From: a bacterium
GTDB taxonomy: Bacteria; Patescibacteriota; Minisyncoccia; UBA6257; GWB1-50-10
Length of the DNA stretch: 64,000 nucleotides
NCBI GenBank assembly: GCA_021801565.1
Contig: JAJYXV010000015.1
Span: forward strand, 91,168 to 155,167
Direction of reading: 5' to 3'
The position numbers were made by a program, and so were the translations under genes. The notes under the pieces are model-generated. The model did not search any database. It worked only from the letters and a program-made list of their open reading frames with translations, and was not told where the DNA came from. Of the stretch, positions 50,173 to 59,428 are shown piece after piece (positions within the stretch are counted from its first letter, which is position 1; each line of letters opens with the position of its first letter).

Positions 50173-50698
50173 TTATTATTTTTTTTATTTGTTTTAGAGC
50201 CCTATGTTGTATTACACGTATTGCCCCCTCTGTTTTGTGAAGTGTTTCGGCGATTTCTTTGTTTGATAGTTCATCAACAAACTTCATAATAAGTATACTT
50301 TGTTCATCCGGTTTTAATTGAGTGAGTGCGTGCCGTATTTGGATCAACTCCATCCCGCGATCTAATTCATTTTCTAGATCGGGGAGGTGGGCAAATGAAT
50401 CTTCTGAAACGAGTTCAATGTCGATGCTCGGTTTTTGTGTTCGGTAAAAGTCAATAACAGCATTGTGCGCAATTTTATAGAGCCAACTCGAAAAAGGATT
50501 TCCTTGAAAGCGATATGTCCGTATATTTTGCCATGCACTCAAAAATACCTGATGGGTAAGATCTTCGGCGTCTGTCTTTTTTGAAACTTTCAAGAGTATA
50601 AAACGATATATTTTTGGAAGATATGTATCGTAAAGAATTCCAAACGCTTCAGACTCTCCTGATTGTGCTTTTTGAATGAGTGTTATTTCCTCTTTCAT
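50135..50698 (-). CDS. ECF sigma factor
   Basis: AEDLTHQVF, FSSWLYKIAHN, EIAE.L...EGAIRV.QHRAL. Confidence 0.92.
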   Translation of the reverse strand: MKEEITLIQKAQSGESEAFGILYDTYLPKIYRFILLKVSKKTDAEDLTHQVFLSAWQNIRTYRFQGNPFSSWLYKIAHNAVIDFYRTQKPSIDIELVSEDSFAHLPDLENELDRGMELIQIRHALTQLKPDEQSILIMKFVDELSNKEIAETLHKTEGAIRVIQHRALKQIKKIINESRNTQTIRTA

Positions 50699-50754
50699 AC
50701 CTATAACGATTTATAGCCCCTTTTGTTTCTGAAACGCTGTAACGTTACAAATTC

Positions 50755-50791
50755 TGGAGCGGAATACGGGAATCGAACCCGTGCCTTCACC
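50755..50791 (-). pseudogene. 3' half of the interrupted outer tRNA-Gly
   Basis: Exact duplicate of 50810-50846 (GGTGAAGG...CCGCTCCA). Confidence 0.85.
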
Positions 50792-50809
50792 AAAGTTACA
50801 AAAATCTGA

Positions 50810-50883
50810 TGGAGCGGAATACGGGAATCGAACCCGTGCCTTCACCTTGGAAGGGTGACGTACAACCACTATACGAATCCCGC
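50810..50883 (-). tRNA. tRNA-Gly(TCC), intact inner copy
   Basis: GCGGGAT/TTCCGC acceptor, TCACC-CTTCCAA-GGTGA anticodon arm, encoded CCA. Confidence 0.93.
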
Positions 50884-50906
50884 AGGTGAAGATTTTTGTA
50901 ACATTT

Positions 50907-50983
50907 TTGGAAGCCCGCCTGCCGCCTGCCTGTCGGCAGACAGGGCGGGCAGGGGTGACGTACAACCACTATACGAATCCCGC
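50907..50983 (-). pseudogene. 5' half of the outer tRNA-Gly, split by a REP-like insertion
   Basis: 50983-50954 equals the first 30 nt of the tRNA; anticodon loop CTTCCAA at 50913-50907. Confidence 0.85.
50914..50953 (-). repeat. Nested pair of 20-nt REP-like palindromes
   Basis: CCTGCCCGC[CCTGTCTGCCGACAGGCAGG]CGGCAGGCGGG. Confidence 0.85.
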
Positions 50984-51210
50984 CACTCATACAATTTTGC
51001 ACAAAAGGTAAATATTCTGCAAGTATATAAAAGTAGCGCACCCCCAAACCCTATGATATGATGTATTTCACACATATCTCGCAATGGGAGTTCAATCGCT
51101 TGAAATTTGCCAGTAAAATTGAGATGAGGGGATTGCTGATGAAAATTAGTCTGTATAATAAAAAGGTGAGATTGATGTATAAATAGTTATTAAGTTTCTA
51201 CTACTTAAGT

Positions 51211-51819
51211 ATGAGTTTTATTGATCAACAAAAGAAGCTTATTCGACTCACTGGGATTTCCATTGTGGTTATTATCGTTGCATTGGGAATTATCTATATT
51301 ACTTCAATTCGTTCTTCACAAGATATACCGGAGCGTTTTGTTGAGGCAAGAAAAAATGCAGCATCTGTGAGTGAAGATATAGTTCGTCTTACAAGTGATA
51401 CGAATGAAAAAATTGCACAAATTAATGTGCTTGAAATAAAAGGGAAGGCAGAAGAAGCGCTTTTACTTATTCAAAGCGCTCGGGCATCGAATGAGGCAGC
51501 GTATGGAAAAGCATTTGATCTCTCTCAAAATTTAAAAACACTTGCCGAGTCGCTTGCTGATATTCATTCCCCGAGGGAACAACAAATTGCATATGAAGCG
51601 GTCGCGGTAGAACTTTCTTTGGTAAGCGAATTTATCTCTTACACGCAAGCACTGAACACTTTTTTGAGTAATCTTGCTTCACTCATTTCAAACAACACAC
51701 TTCAGAATCAAAATATTGTTCGTTCGAATATAAGCACAGTGAACGAGAAAACTTCGCTTATTAACAATCTTAACACCCAATTCATTGAGAAAATGAAGAC
51801 GTTTGATTCATCATTTTAG
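51211..51819 (+). CDS. Hypothetical membrane-anchored helical protein
   Basis: One N-terminal TM, then long amphipathic helices. Confidence 0.7.
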   Translation: MSFIDQQKKLIRLTGISIVVIIVALGIIYITSIRSSQDIPERFVEARKNAASVSEDIVRLTSDTNEKIAQINVLEIKGKAEEALLLIQSARASNEAAYGKAFDLSQNLKTLAESLADIHSPREQQIAYEAVAVELSLVSEFISYTQALNTFLSNLASLISNNTLQNQNIVRSNISTVNEKTSLINNLNTQFIEKMKTFDSSF

Positions 51820-51893
51820 TATAGTGAACGTTCCATACAGGTAATTTTGCTTCCTTGGTAATACAATGGTTTTTTTTATATATAATGATATCT

Positions 51894-52352
51894 ATGGAAA
51901 TAGAAAGACGATTTAGGATTGTTTCTCCGATTCCAAAAGAAATATTTTCAGAAAAAGAAATGTTTCATATTAAGCAAGGATATGGAAAAAAAATCCGCGT
52001 GCGGAAGAGAGGGGAAAAATGCTTTATGACAATTAAAGAAGGAAAGGGTCTTGTAAGAAAAGAATGGGAGGTTGAAATTCCGGAATGGGTGTTCCGAAAA
52101 ATTTGGTCGGGAACAGAAGGAAGGCAATTAGAAAAAGATCGATATGTGATTCCGTATCATAATCACTCAATTGAATTTGATGTGTATAAAGGATCGCTTG
52201 CGCCGCTTATGATTCTTGAGTGCGAATTTGTGGATGAGGAAGACGCAAAACAGTTTGTATTGCCGGAATGGGCGAAAGATGCGATTGAGGTAACGAATGA
52301 TGATCGATATTCCAATCGTTCACTCGCGACGTACGGGTTGCCAAAGAGTTAA
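51894..52352 (+). CDS. CYTH-domain protein
   Basis: MEIERRF, QGY, RVR, EFDVY, EVT.D.RYSN. Confidence 0.9.
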   Translation: MEIERRFRIVSPIPKEIFSEKEMFHIKQGYGKKIRVRKRGEKCFMTIKEGKGLVRKEWEVEIPEWVFRKIWSGTEGRQLEKDRYVIPYHNHSIEFDVYKGSLAPLMILECEFVDEEDAKQFVLPEWAKDAIEVTNDDRYSNRSLATYGLPKS

Positions 52353-52419
52353 TATAAGAAGTATTCTATAATAAGAAAAGGAAATATTTTGTTCTTTTAT
52401 AAATTAAAGAGGATGTGTT

Positions 52420-52581
52420 ATGAAGCTAGATTTTAATCTTTATTATTTCTGTAAGCTAGAGAAAAAATCAGCAACAATTGAAAAGATAAGACGGTTTTGT
52501 AGTAAAAGGGACTGCCCACATTTGGGGGTACGAAAACGAAAGAATAAGTTTCACCAAAAAAAGAACAACAAAGAGCTTTAA
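52420..52581 (+). CDS. Small basic Cys/His protein (53 aa), not in the ORF track
   Basis: SD GAGGA; MKLDFNLYYFCKLEKK...FCSKRDCPHLG...; terminator hairpin at about 52585-52614. Confidence 0.55.
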   Translation: MKLDFNLYYFCKLEKKSATIEKIRRFCSKRDCPHLGVRKRKNKFHQKKNNKEL

Positions 52582-52655
52582 ATAAAAAATTACGCTGTGA
52601 TATGGCGTAATTTTTATATCTTATATGTGTCTATTGGGTTGTCGCTTAGATATGA

Positions 52656-53735
52656 CTAGGAAGCAAAAAATCTACTGAATGGATGTTTTTTCATTTCCGT
52701 ATGTTTATAGATAAATTTTATATCGTTGTAGAGTACCTTGAGTCCTAATGGAAACGAGCCAAGACAGTTATGTCCCAGAGGTTCTGTGTCTATTTCAATA
52801 TCGTGGCGGATTGCCCGTATTTTTTTATTTATTGCGATGACATTTTCTGGACAAAATATATGATCGTATTTTGCCTGAACAATTCTTGTGTGTTTTGGAA
52901 GGTTTTTAAATTTTTTTTCATAAGCCCCAGGAGAAAGTATTTTTAAAATTTCACGAAGATCTTTTTCTTCTATTTTTCCTCTTATCTTTTCAGCTATCCT
53001 TGTTGTGCCGACACCCTCCATAAGTGCTTTATGAAAGTCATCTGCGAGGAGATGAAAAATTCCGAAGTCGAAAAGTGATGGATTCCCCATGGCGGCAACG
53101 GATGAATAACACGTTCCCATACTAAAGGAGAATATTCCCACCTCTTCAAATCCAAGTTCGTTTTTTAGAATCCATGCAAGTTGTTGTATATCGAAGATAT
53201 TTTTTTGGAAACGCGAGACCATACTTCCAATATCTGGTCCCACGCTTTCATAATCAATTGATTCTTTAATTCCCCACGAAGTCTTGCGATTTGAGGGGAT
53301 GAATAAAAACGTGCTTACTGGTAAGAGTCGTCTTCTTATAAATGAAATAAGCGCTTCGTATTCTTTAGGAATGCCATTCCAATGCATCACTGTGATAAGT
53401 GCCACTTTTTTTCCTGGTCCACTTTTCTGTATTGAATATTTACACGACACCTTCTCTTTCTCGTTTATCACGGATGGGAAAATCATATATTTTCTTTTCC
53501 AATGTATTTCCGTTTTTTCGAGTGGTGCAGCGATGTGTCTTTGAAGATTGGAAAACCAATGATGCGAATATCTTTTCAAAAAATCGAGCGAATCTTCACC
53601 ATCTCTTTTTCTTTTCAGGTGATGTGTTCCAAGACAAAAATCAGGAACGTGCGAATGAAGTTTTTGATGAGATCTGCTCTCTCTTAGTTCTATATTCTTT
53701 ATCCGTTTTGGATTGTCTTTGAATATAAAAATCAT
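52656..53735 (-). CDS. Alpha/beta hydrolase-like protein
   Basis: SFSMG nucleophile elbow, YD and GH triad candidates. Confidence 0.7.
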   Translation of the reverse strand: MIFIFKDNPKRIKNIELRESRSHQKLHSHVPDFCLGTHHLKRKRDGEDSLDFLKRYSHHWFSNLQRHIAAPLEKTEIHWKRKYMIFPSVINEKEKVSCKYSIQKSGPGKKVALITVMHWNGIPKEYEALISFIRRRLLPVSTFLFIPSNRKTSWGIKESIDYESVGPDIGSMVSRFQKNIFDIQQLAWILKNELGFEEVGIFSFSMGTCYSSVAAMGNPSLFDFGIFHLLADDFHKALMEGVGTTRIAEKIRGKIEEKDLREILKILSPGAYEKKFKNLPKHTRIVQAKYDHIFCPENVIAINKKIRAIRHDIEIDTEPLGHNCLGSFPLGLKVLYNDIKFIYKHTEMKKHPFSRFFAS

Positions 53736-53740
53736 TATGG

Positions 53741-53814
53741 TGGTCGGAGAGCCGGGAATCGAACCCGGACTATATGCTCCCAAAGCATACGTACTACCAC
53801 TATACTACTCTCCG
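53741..53814 (-). tRNA. tRNA-Pro(TGG)
   Basis: CGGAGAG/CTCTCCG-ACCA; loop TTTGGGA. Confidence 0.94.
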
Positions 53815-53863
53815 TTTAGACAGTTATTAGTGTACGGCATTTTCTCAAAAAATAAAGGGTTTA

Positions 53864-56035
53864 TTACTCTCGATGTATTTGTGAAGTAAATAGTTTTACT
53901 GCATTTTTAAGATCTGGATATAAAGAAAGTTCTGGGTCTTTTTTTATTATCTCCTCCGCCGATTTTCGCGCATCTTTCATGAGCTGTGGATTTTGGAGTG
54001 CTTTCATTGCGAGATCGGGCATTCCCGTTTGTCCTTCTCCCAAAAATTCTCCGGGGCCACGGAATTTCAGATCTTTTTCTGCGAGCTCAAGTCCATTTTT
54101 CGCCTCGACGATTGAGGTGAGACGTTTTTTCACATCTTCCGAAGACGAATCAGTAAATAAGAAACAATATGATTGATGTTCACCGCGCCCGACACGCCCC
54201 TTGAATTGATAGAGTTGCGCGAGACCAAATCGCTCAGATCCCTCAATCATCATAATTGAAGCGTTTGGCACATCGACGCCCACCTCAATCACGGACGTTG
54301 AAATAAGAATGTTTATTTCGTTTTTGACAAACAAATTCATTATTTTTGCTTTTTCTTCTCCCGACATTTTTCCGTGGAGCATAGCGACACGTAAATCAGG
54401 AAATATTTTTTTTGAGAGTTTCTCATACTCCTCTTTCACTGATTTTATATTTAGTTCTTCCAGTTCTTTTGTTGTAAGTTTTTGGTCTTCCGTCTTTGGT
54501 TCTATTCTCGGGCACACCACAAACGCTTGCCTACCCTTTTTTATTTCACTTCGAATAAAGGTATATGCTTTCGTGCGTTCTTCGGGTGGCACCGCGCTCG
54601 TAATAATAACCTTTCTGTTTTTTGGAAGCTCGGTGATAAGCGAAAGATCAAGATCACTAAAGAATGTGAGCGAAAGTGTACGCGGAATCGGAGTTGCAGA
54701 CATACTTAAGAAGTGTGGAATATATTCTTTTCGCTTGGTAAGTTCGGCGCGTTGACGCACGCCAAATCGATGTTGTTCATCAATAATAACAAGCCCAAGT
54801 GAGGGAAATGTAATTTTTCTTTCCTTTTTTGTCTTTGACGTCGCAATAAGGGCGTGGGTGCCAATCACTATATTTACTTTTCCACCCTCAATTTCCTTTT
54901 TAAGTGATGGTTTTTTCAAATCGGTTTCCAGTCCATGTCCATATGAGAGTTTTGATTCATTTCCGGTAAGAAGCGCAACCCCTTCTTCATGATCGGGAAA
55001 GAATTTAATGATGGTCTGATAATGTTGTCGGGCGAGTATTTCTGTTGGCGCCATAAGTGCGGTTTGATATCCCTTATGTGCGGTGCATATTGCCGCGAGT
55101 GCCGCGATGATTGTTTTTCCCGAACCCACGTCTCCCTGGAGGAGGCGATTCATTGGGGTTGGTTTATTTAAATCCTGTATGATTTCCCAAAGTGTCTGTT
55201 TTTGTGATGGAGTGAGTTCAAAAGGAAGTATTTCCAAAAATGCTTTTATCATCGAAACATCGATATCAAGTGCGGGCGCCTTTTCTCTTGTAAGTCTCGC
55301 GCGTTCACCAAGAAGATGAAGTTGAAGGAGAAATAATTCTTCAAAATTAAATCGTCTGCGCGCTTCCATTGCATCGTCAAGTGTTTCTGGAAAATGAATT
55401 ATATTGAGCGCCTCGGAAAGTGAAAGGAGATTTTGTTGCTTTACGATTTTTTGCGGGAGCGATTCTTTTGGTTTTTCGATTGCTTTCAAAAGTGGTTGGA
55501 TAAGATAACGTATGCCTTTTGAGGTGAGTCCTTTTGTTTCCGGATAAATCGGCACAATACGCCCCGTGTGTTTTGTTTCTTTATCCTGAAATGTCATCAC
55601 TTCATATCCTGGATTTGAAAAATATAATTCTCCCTCGCGTGATTCGCTTACTTTTCCAGAGAAATTTGCCGTTTTGCCGGGTGCAAGAATATTTTTGATG
55701 TAGGTTTGATTGAACCACACCGCGCGTATTTCTCCGGTCTCGTCTTCAAGTTTTGCCTCAATAATAAACATGCGCTTGTGCCATGCGCGGCGCACGTTTA
55801 TTTTTTTCACGAGCGCTTGAATAGTGCATTCCTCGCGAGGAATAAGATCGGAAATTTTTGTGATATTCGAAAAATCTTCGTATCGTGTTGGGAAATGCCA
55901 GAGCAAATCCCTTACCGTCTCAATGTGCAGTTTATTTAGTTTTTGAACAAATCGCGGTCCGATGCCGTGAATCGAAGAGAGAGGAGATGATAGTTGAATA
56001 TGATTTATCCCACCCATAATCAAGATTTCCGCCAT
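53864..56035 (-). CDS. recG: ATP-dependent DNA helicase RecG (start uncertain)
   Basis: QGDVGSGKT, DEQHRFG, SATPIPR, GRVGRG, RGPGE. Confidence 0.96.
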   Translation of the reverse strand: MAEILIMGGINHIQLSSPLSSIHGIGPRFVQKLNKLHIETVRDLLWHFPTRYEDFSNITKISDLIPREECTIQALVKKINVRRAWHKRMFIIEAKLEDETGEIRAVWFNQTYIKNILAPGKTANFSGKVSESREGELYFSNPGYEVMTFQDKETKHTGRIVPIYPETKGLTSKGIRYLIQPLLKAIEKPKESLPQKIVKQQNLLSLSEALNIIHFPETLDDAMEARRRFNFEELFLLQLHLLGERARLTREKAPALDIDVSMIKAFLEILPFELTPSQKQTLWEIIQDLNKPTPMNRLLQGDVGSGKTIIAALAAICTAHKGYQTALMAPTEILARQHYQTIIKFFPDHEEGVALLTGNESKLSYGHGLETDLKKPSLKKEIEGGKVNIVIGTHALIATSKTKKERKITFPSLGLVIIDEQHRFGVRQRAELTKRKEYIPHFLSMSATPIPRTLSLTFFSDLDLSLITELPKNRKVIITSAVPPEERTKAYTFIRSEIKKGRQAFVVCPRIEPKTEDQKLTTKELEELNIKSVKEEYEKLSKKIFPDLRVAMLHGKMSGEEKAKIMNLFVKNEINILISTSVIEVGVDVPNASIMMIEGSERFGLAQLYQFKGRVGRGEHQSYCFLFTDSSSEDVKKRLTSIVEAKNGLELAEKDLKFRGPGEFLGEGQTGMPDLAMKALQNPQLMKDARKSAEEIIKKDPELSLYPDLKNAVKLFTSQIHRE

Positions 56036-56072
56036 ATTATACTCGATTTTTGATGATTTTTCCATTGTATAT

Positions 56073-56101
56073 TTGACTTTTTCATATATACGTGCTATAA
56101 T
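56073..56101 (+). promoter_or_regulatory. Consensus sigma70 promoter
   Basis: TTGACT-17-TATAAT with TG extension. Confidence 0.75.
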
Positions 56102-56149
56102 TAAAACAGTATCAATTAATAATTTATTCATAATATAAGGAATTTTGAA

Positions 56150-57004
56150 ATGAAAAAGATGATTGCTATCTTTGTAGTTTTATTTCTCCAGTCTTTGAAC
56201 TTGTATGCTCAAAATTACAGTTCCAAAAAACTCTCAGATACCTCAGTTGTTATTCTGTCCGAATCTGAAAAAACTGATACCCTTTATGAAAAAAACGGGA
56301 TAGTAAAAATTGTACAAACGACTACAAAAATTCCAGTTGCTACAATAATGTTCCCAGAGAATCTTGATTACTACCACGCCTACTCTCTTTTTTATGACTA
56401 CAAAAGAATGGGAAAATCAGATTCTTCGAGAATATCCAATTGGGACACGGTAGTATATCATCCTGAGTACGGATATTTTATGAAAACGGAAAAATCTTCA
56501 TCTAAATACGCATATTTAGATGAAAAAGAAATGAGGGTTTTTGTTAAAGAATTTTCTCAAGAAAAAACTCTCTTGTCGCCAGGATTGTGTTTATTTGCTC
56601 CGACCTTCGTTTTATTTCTATTTTTTGGTTCTTTTTTTTCAAAGGCGTATAAAAAAAGAGAAGAACTTAGATTCGGAGACGGAAGAAATATAAAATTCTG
56701 GACTTATGTATGTTCAACCTTCTCCCTTTTATTAGTTGTTGTTGTTATTTCTGGTTTGATTCTTGGAGCAAAAACAGATGTTTTTTTTGGGATCGTTGTC
56801 TCCGCTGTTATGCTTTTTTTCTTATCGTTTGATTACGAGGATAGAACATTTACACTTCTTCTTGTTCTATTTTGCGCTTGTGGTGCGGGGATTTTTGCTG
56901 GTATTCCAAAATCCATAGGGCTATTCTTTATAACCATCTTTGTGATGGTTATGGCAAACATTGTGGGTAGAATAATACCCACCCCAAAATTTCTTTTGAA
57001 ATAA
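56150..57004 (+). CDS. Hypothetical protein: signal peptide, extracellular domain, about 5 TM
   Basis: Own promoter, SD AAGGA and terminator at 57006-57039. Confidence 0.7.
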   Translation: MKKMIAIFVVLFLQSLNLYAQNYSSKKLSDTSVVILSESEKTDTLYEKNGIVKIVQTTTKIPVATIMFPENLDYYHAYSLFYDYKRMGKSDSSRISNWDTVVYHPEYGYFMKTEKSSSKYAYLDEKEMRVFVKEFSQEKTLLSPGLCLFAPTFVLFLFFGSFFSKAYKKREELRFGDGRNIKFWTYVCSTFSLLLVVVVISGLILGAKTDVFFGIVVSAVMLFFLSFDYEDRTFTLLLVLFCACGAGIFAGIPKSIGLFFITIFVMVMANIVGRIIPTPKFLLK

Positions 57005-57100
57005 TAAAAAATCCCACCTCATTATTTGGTGGGATTTTTCTTTGGAAATTTTTGATAGTTTTCCAGATAATATAAGTTTTGTTTGTGTTACACTATTTGT

Positions 57101-57826
57101 ATGCATTACGAAAAATATATCAAAAAATTGAAGGAGGTTTGTATTAAAAATGGTATAAAACTACAGAAAATTGGTGATGTTGGAAAAAAGAAAGAGTATC
57201 CAATGTTTAAAATTGTTTTGGGAAATTCAAGAAAAAAAACAGTGTGTTTTTCTGGCGGAATTCACGGAGAAGAACCCGCTGGTCCGTGGGCAATACTCGA
57301 ATTTATGAAACATTATAATTCGAAAAGATATAAGGATACAAAAATTATTTTATTTCCCGTGGCAAATCCATACGGATTTGACAGGGGAATTCGCCGCAAT
57401 TTTTTGAACAAGGATTTAAACGGACATTTTTGTAAGAGTGTTTTATCGGGAGAAAATAAGGTGCTCTACAATGCTGTAAAGAATGAAAATATTTTCTTTT
57501 TTCATGCGCTTCACGAGGACGAGGGATTTAAAAAGTTTTATCTTTATAATTTTGAAAAAAAACCCGAGAAAATTTACCGCGATATTATTCTGCTTGCGAA
57601 AAAATATTTTCCAATTGATACAAGAAAACGTATTTACAATGATCCCGCAAAAAACGGACTTATTATCAATCGTCCAGACGGATCATTTGAAGACAAGATG
57701 TTTCGAGATGGAGTTCCATATTCAATGTGCACCGAAACCCCGGAAGCACATCCACTTCGTAAAAGAATCGAATTAAATGTAAAAATAATGAATGTTGTAT
57801 TAGATTTTACAAAAAAATCAAAATAG
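57101..57826 (+). CDS. M14-type zinc carboxypeptidase / AstE-like
   Basis: GGIHGEE, NP.GF, R.N, DLN, LHED, ETP. Confidence 0.88.
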   Translation: MHYEKYIKKLKEVCIKNGIKLQKIGDVGKKKEYPMFKIVLGNSRKKTVCFSGGIHGEEPAGPWAILEFMKHYNSKRYKDTKIILFPVANPYGFDRGIRRNFLNKDLNGHFCKSVLSGENKVLYNAVKNENIFFFHALHEDEGFKKFYLYNFEKKPEKIYRDIILLAKKYFPIDTRKRIYNDPAKNGLIINRPDGSFEDKMFRDGVPYSMCTETPEAHPLRKRIELNVKIMNVVLDFTKKSK

Positions 57827-57874
57827 CATTCCTGTTTCAAATTAAAAATTCGCATAGTGTGCGGATTTTTTTTG

Positions 57875-57947
57875 TGCCCCCACTAGGACTTGAACCTAGA
57901 ACCTTCGCCTTAAGAGGGCGCAGCTCTACCAATTGAGCTATAGGGGC
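57875..57947 (-). tRNA. tRNA-Lys(CTT)
   Basis: GCCCCTA/TGGGGGC acceptor; loop CTCTTAA. Confidence 0.92.
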
Positions 57948-58007
57948 GTATAACAATGATAAATTTTAAATTTTAAATTTCAAGTGGGAGAAAGAAATTT
58001 TGTCTAT

Positions 58008-58550
58008 TTATATAACCCACAAAATAAAGAGAATAAGTGCAAATATAAATTCTTGTTTTGAAAAATATTTAATTGGTCCATGAAGATTTACCCCGTTAGA
58101 ATCGGAGTGCCTCATGGTTTGCTGTTGGGGCAAACGTCGACCAACCTTAGAAAGCATAGTGTTTAATATGTTGTGTGGGTTTCTAACGGGGTTTATTTTT
58201 TTCCAAGGGAAAAACGGATAGAAATCTGCATCATCAAGCGCATCAAAAAGGAGGTGACACGCGTATCCGAGAGAGAATGAAAGCGCGAAATCAAAATTAA
58301 TAAAAAATAAAATAAAACAGATTGGAATAAATGCGAATATACTATGGAGAAAATTTCTTTGATATCCGAGCGTGTCTTCTTTGTCTGAAATAATTTTTAA
58401 CAGTCTCCATGGTTTTAACAAAAGTCCGTGTTTTGCGTACACCGCCAGATGATCAAGGTCTATGAGTGTCGCGCCGATAAGCGCGGGGACATAGTTTCCG
58501 GTTATTTTTCCAATGAGAAGTCCGCCAATAATATGTGTAGGAATAAACAT
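58008..58550 (-). CDS. YdjM-like membrane metal-dependent hydrolase carrying a 35-codon element insertion
   Basis: TH, DLDH, R..LHS, HLLFD, FFP motifs. Confidence 0.85.
   Translation of the reverse strand: MFIPTHIIGGLLIGKITGNYVPALIGATLIDLDHLAVYAKHGLLLKPWRLLKIISDKEDTLGYQRNFLHSIFAFIPICFILFFINFDFALSFSLGYACHLLFDALDDADFYPFFPWKKINPVRNPHNILNTMLSKVGRRLPQQQTMRHSDSNGVNLHGPIKYFSKQEFIFALILFILWVI
58091..58191. mobile_element. CCCCGTTAGA-family MITE-like element (101 bp), TSD TTTA, in-frame within a CDS
   Basis: CCCCGTTAGAA...TTCTAACGGGG; TTTA at 58087-58090 and 58192-58195. Confidence 0.85.
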
Positions 58551-59423
58551 CTATTCGCTTATTCCAGAAAGGAAAATGATACTGAGAATAGTAACTACAA
58601 TTCCAACATATTGGTGCCACTTCAATTTTTCTTTATTTATAAAAAGTCCAAGCAACACCGTGATTACAATATAACTTTCACTGATGGTGGTGGCGATAGT
58701 GATTGGAATAAGTGTTGTCGACATAGCAAACAGAACCCATGCAAGGTTGTCTAAAATAGAAACACTGATAATCGGAATTGGATTTTTACGAATATCTTCT
58801 ATGAGTTCATGAAGTATTTTGTGTCGCGCGAGATAAATAAAACACACGAAGGTAAAAAGGAGACTGGTGAACCATATAGTAAGGAGCGGCGATGTTTGTT
58901 GACTTCCTACGCCAATTAAAAAATTAAAGAGCCCCATACCAATTGCGCCAACACTGGCAAATATAACTCCTTTCTCGATATTAATTCGACGATGATAGTG
59001 GAGGTGTGTATGGTGTTTTGTGATGACAAGGATAATTCCGACGAACGTTGTGAATGAAAGGAGTAGTTGTGGAAGTGAAATTATCTCTCCCCAAATGAGT
59101 GTTGAAAGACCGATAGTGATGGGAAGTTCAATACCGAGTACGGGTTCGACAATTGCAAGTTTTCCTCGTCGAAGCGATTCAAATTCAAAGAGGGCGGTAA
59201 AAAGGACAATGAGTCCAGCGAGAAAAAGAACCGCAAGGTGTTTTGGTTCCCGCAAAAGTCCGCCGAGTTCACTCACAATAAATGGAAAGATAACAATAAT
59301 ACCCGATATACCGATAAAAAAGAGGGATTTCCAGATACCGACAATGCGGCTTGATTTCTGTATAAAAAAATCGCCAAATCCCCAACATAACAACGCTCCA
59401 AATGCGAATAAAATTCCTTCCAT
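58551..59423 (-). CDS. EamA/DMT family transporter
   Basis: Ten TM in two repeats (WG..DF, GE.I; KEKL...Q..G). Confidence 0.88.
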   Translation of the reverse strand: MEGILFAFGALLCWGFGDFFIQKSSRIVGIWKSLFFIGISGIIVIFPFIVSELGGLLREPKHLAVLFLAGLIVLFTALFEFESLRRGKLAIVEPVLGIELPITIGLSTLIWGEIISLPQLLLSFTTFVGIILVITKHHTHLHYHRRINIEKGVIFASVGAIGMGLFNFLIGVGSQQTSPLLTIWFTSLLFTFVCFIYLARHKILHELIEDIRKNPIPIISVSILDNLAWVLFAMSTTLIPITIATTISESYIVITVLLGLFINKEKLKWHQYVGIVVTILSIIFLSGISE

Positions 59424-59428
59424 TTTTA

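Noticed and set aside
50711-51084. Short ORFs in the track (PARPVCRQAGG etc.)
   Set aside because: They are translations of tRNA halves and REP palindromes.
52487-52497. 11-nt match (TAAGACGGTTT) to the 128-bp MITE interior
   Set aside because: Too short, has no element ends, and lies inside a small ORF; likely chance.
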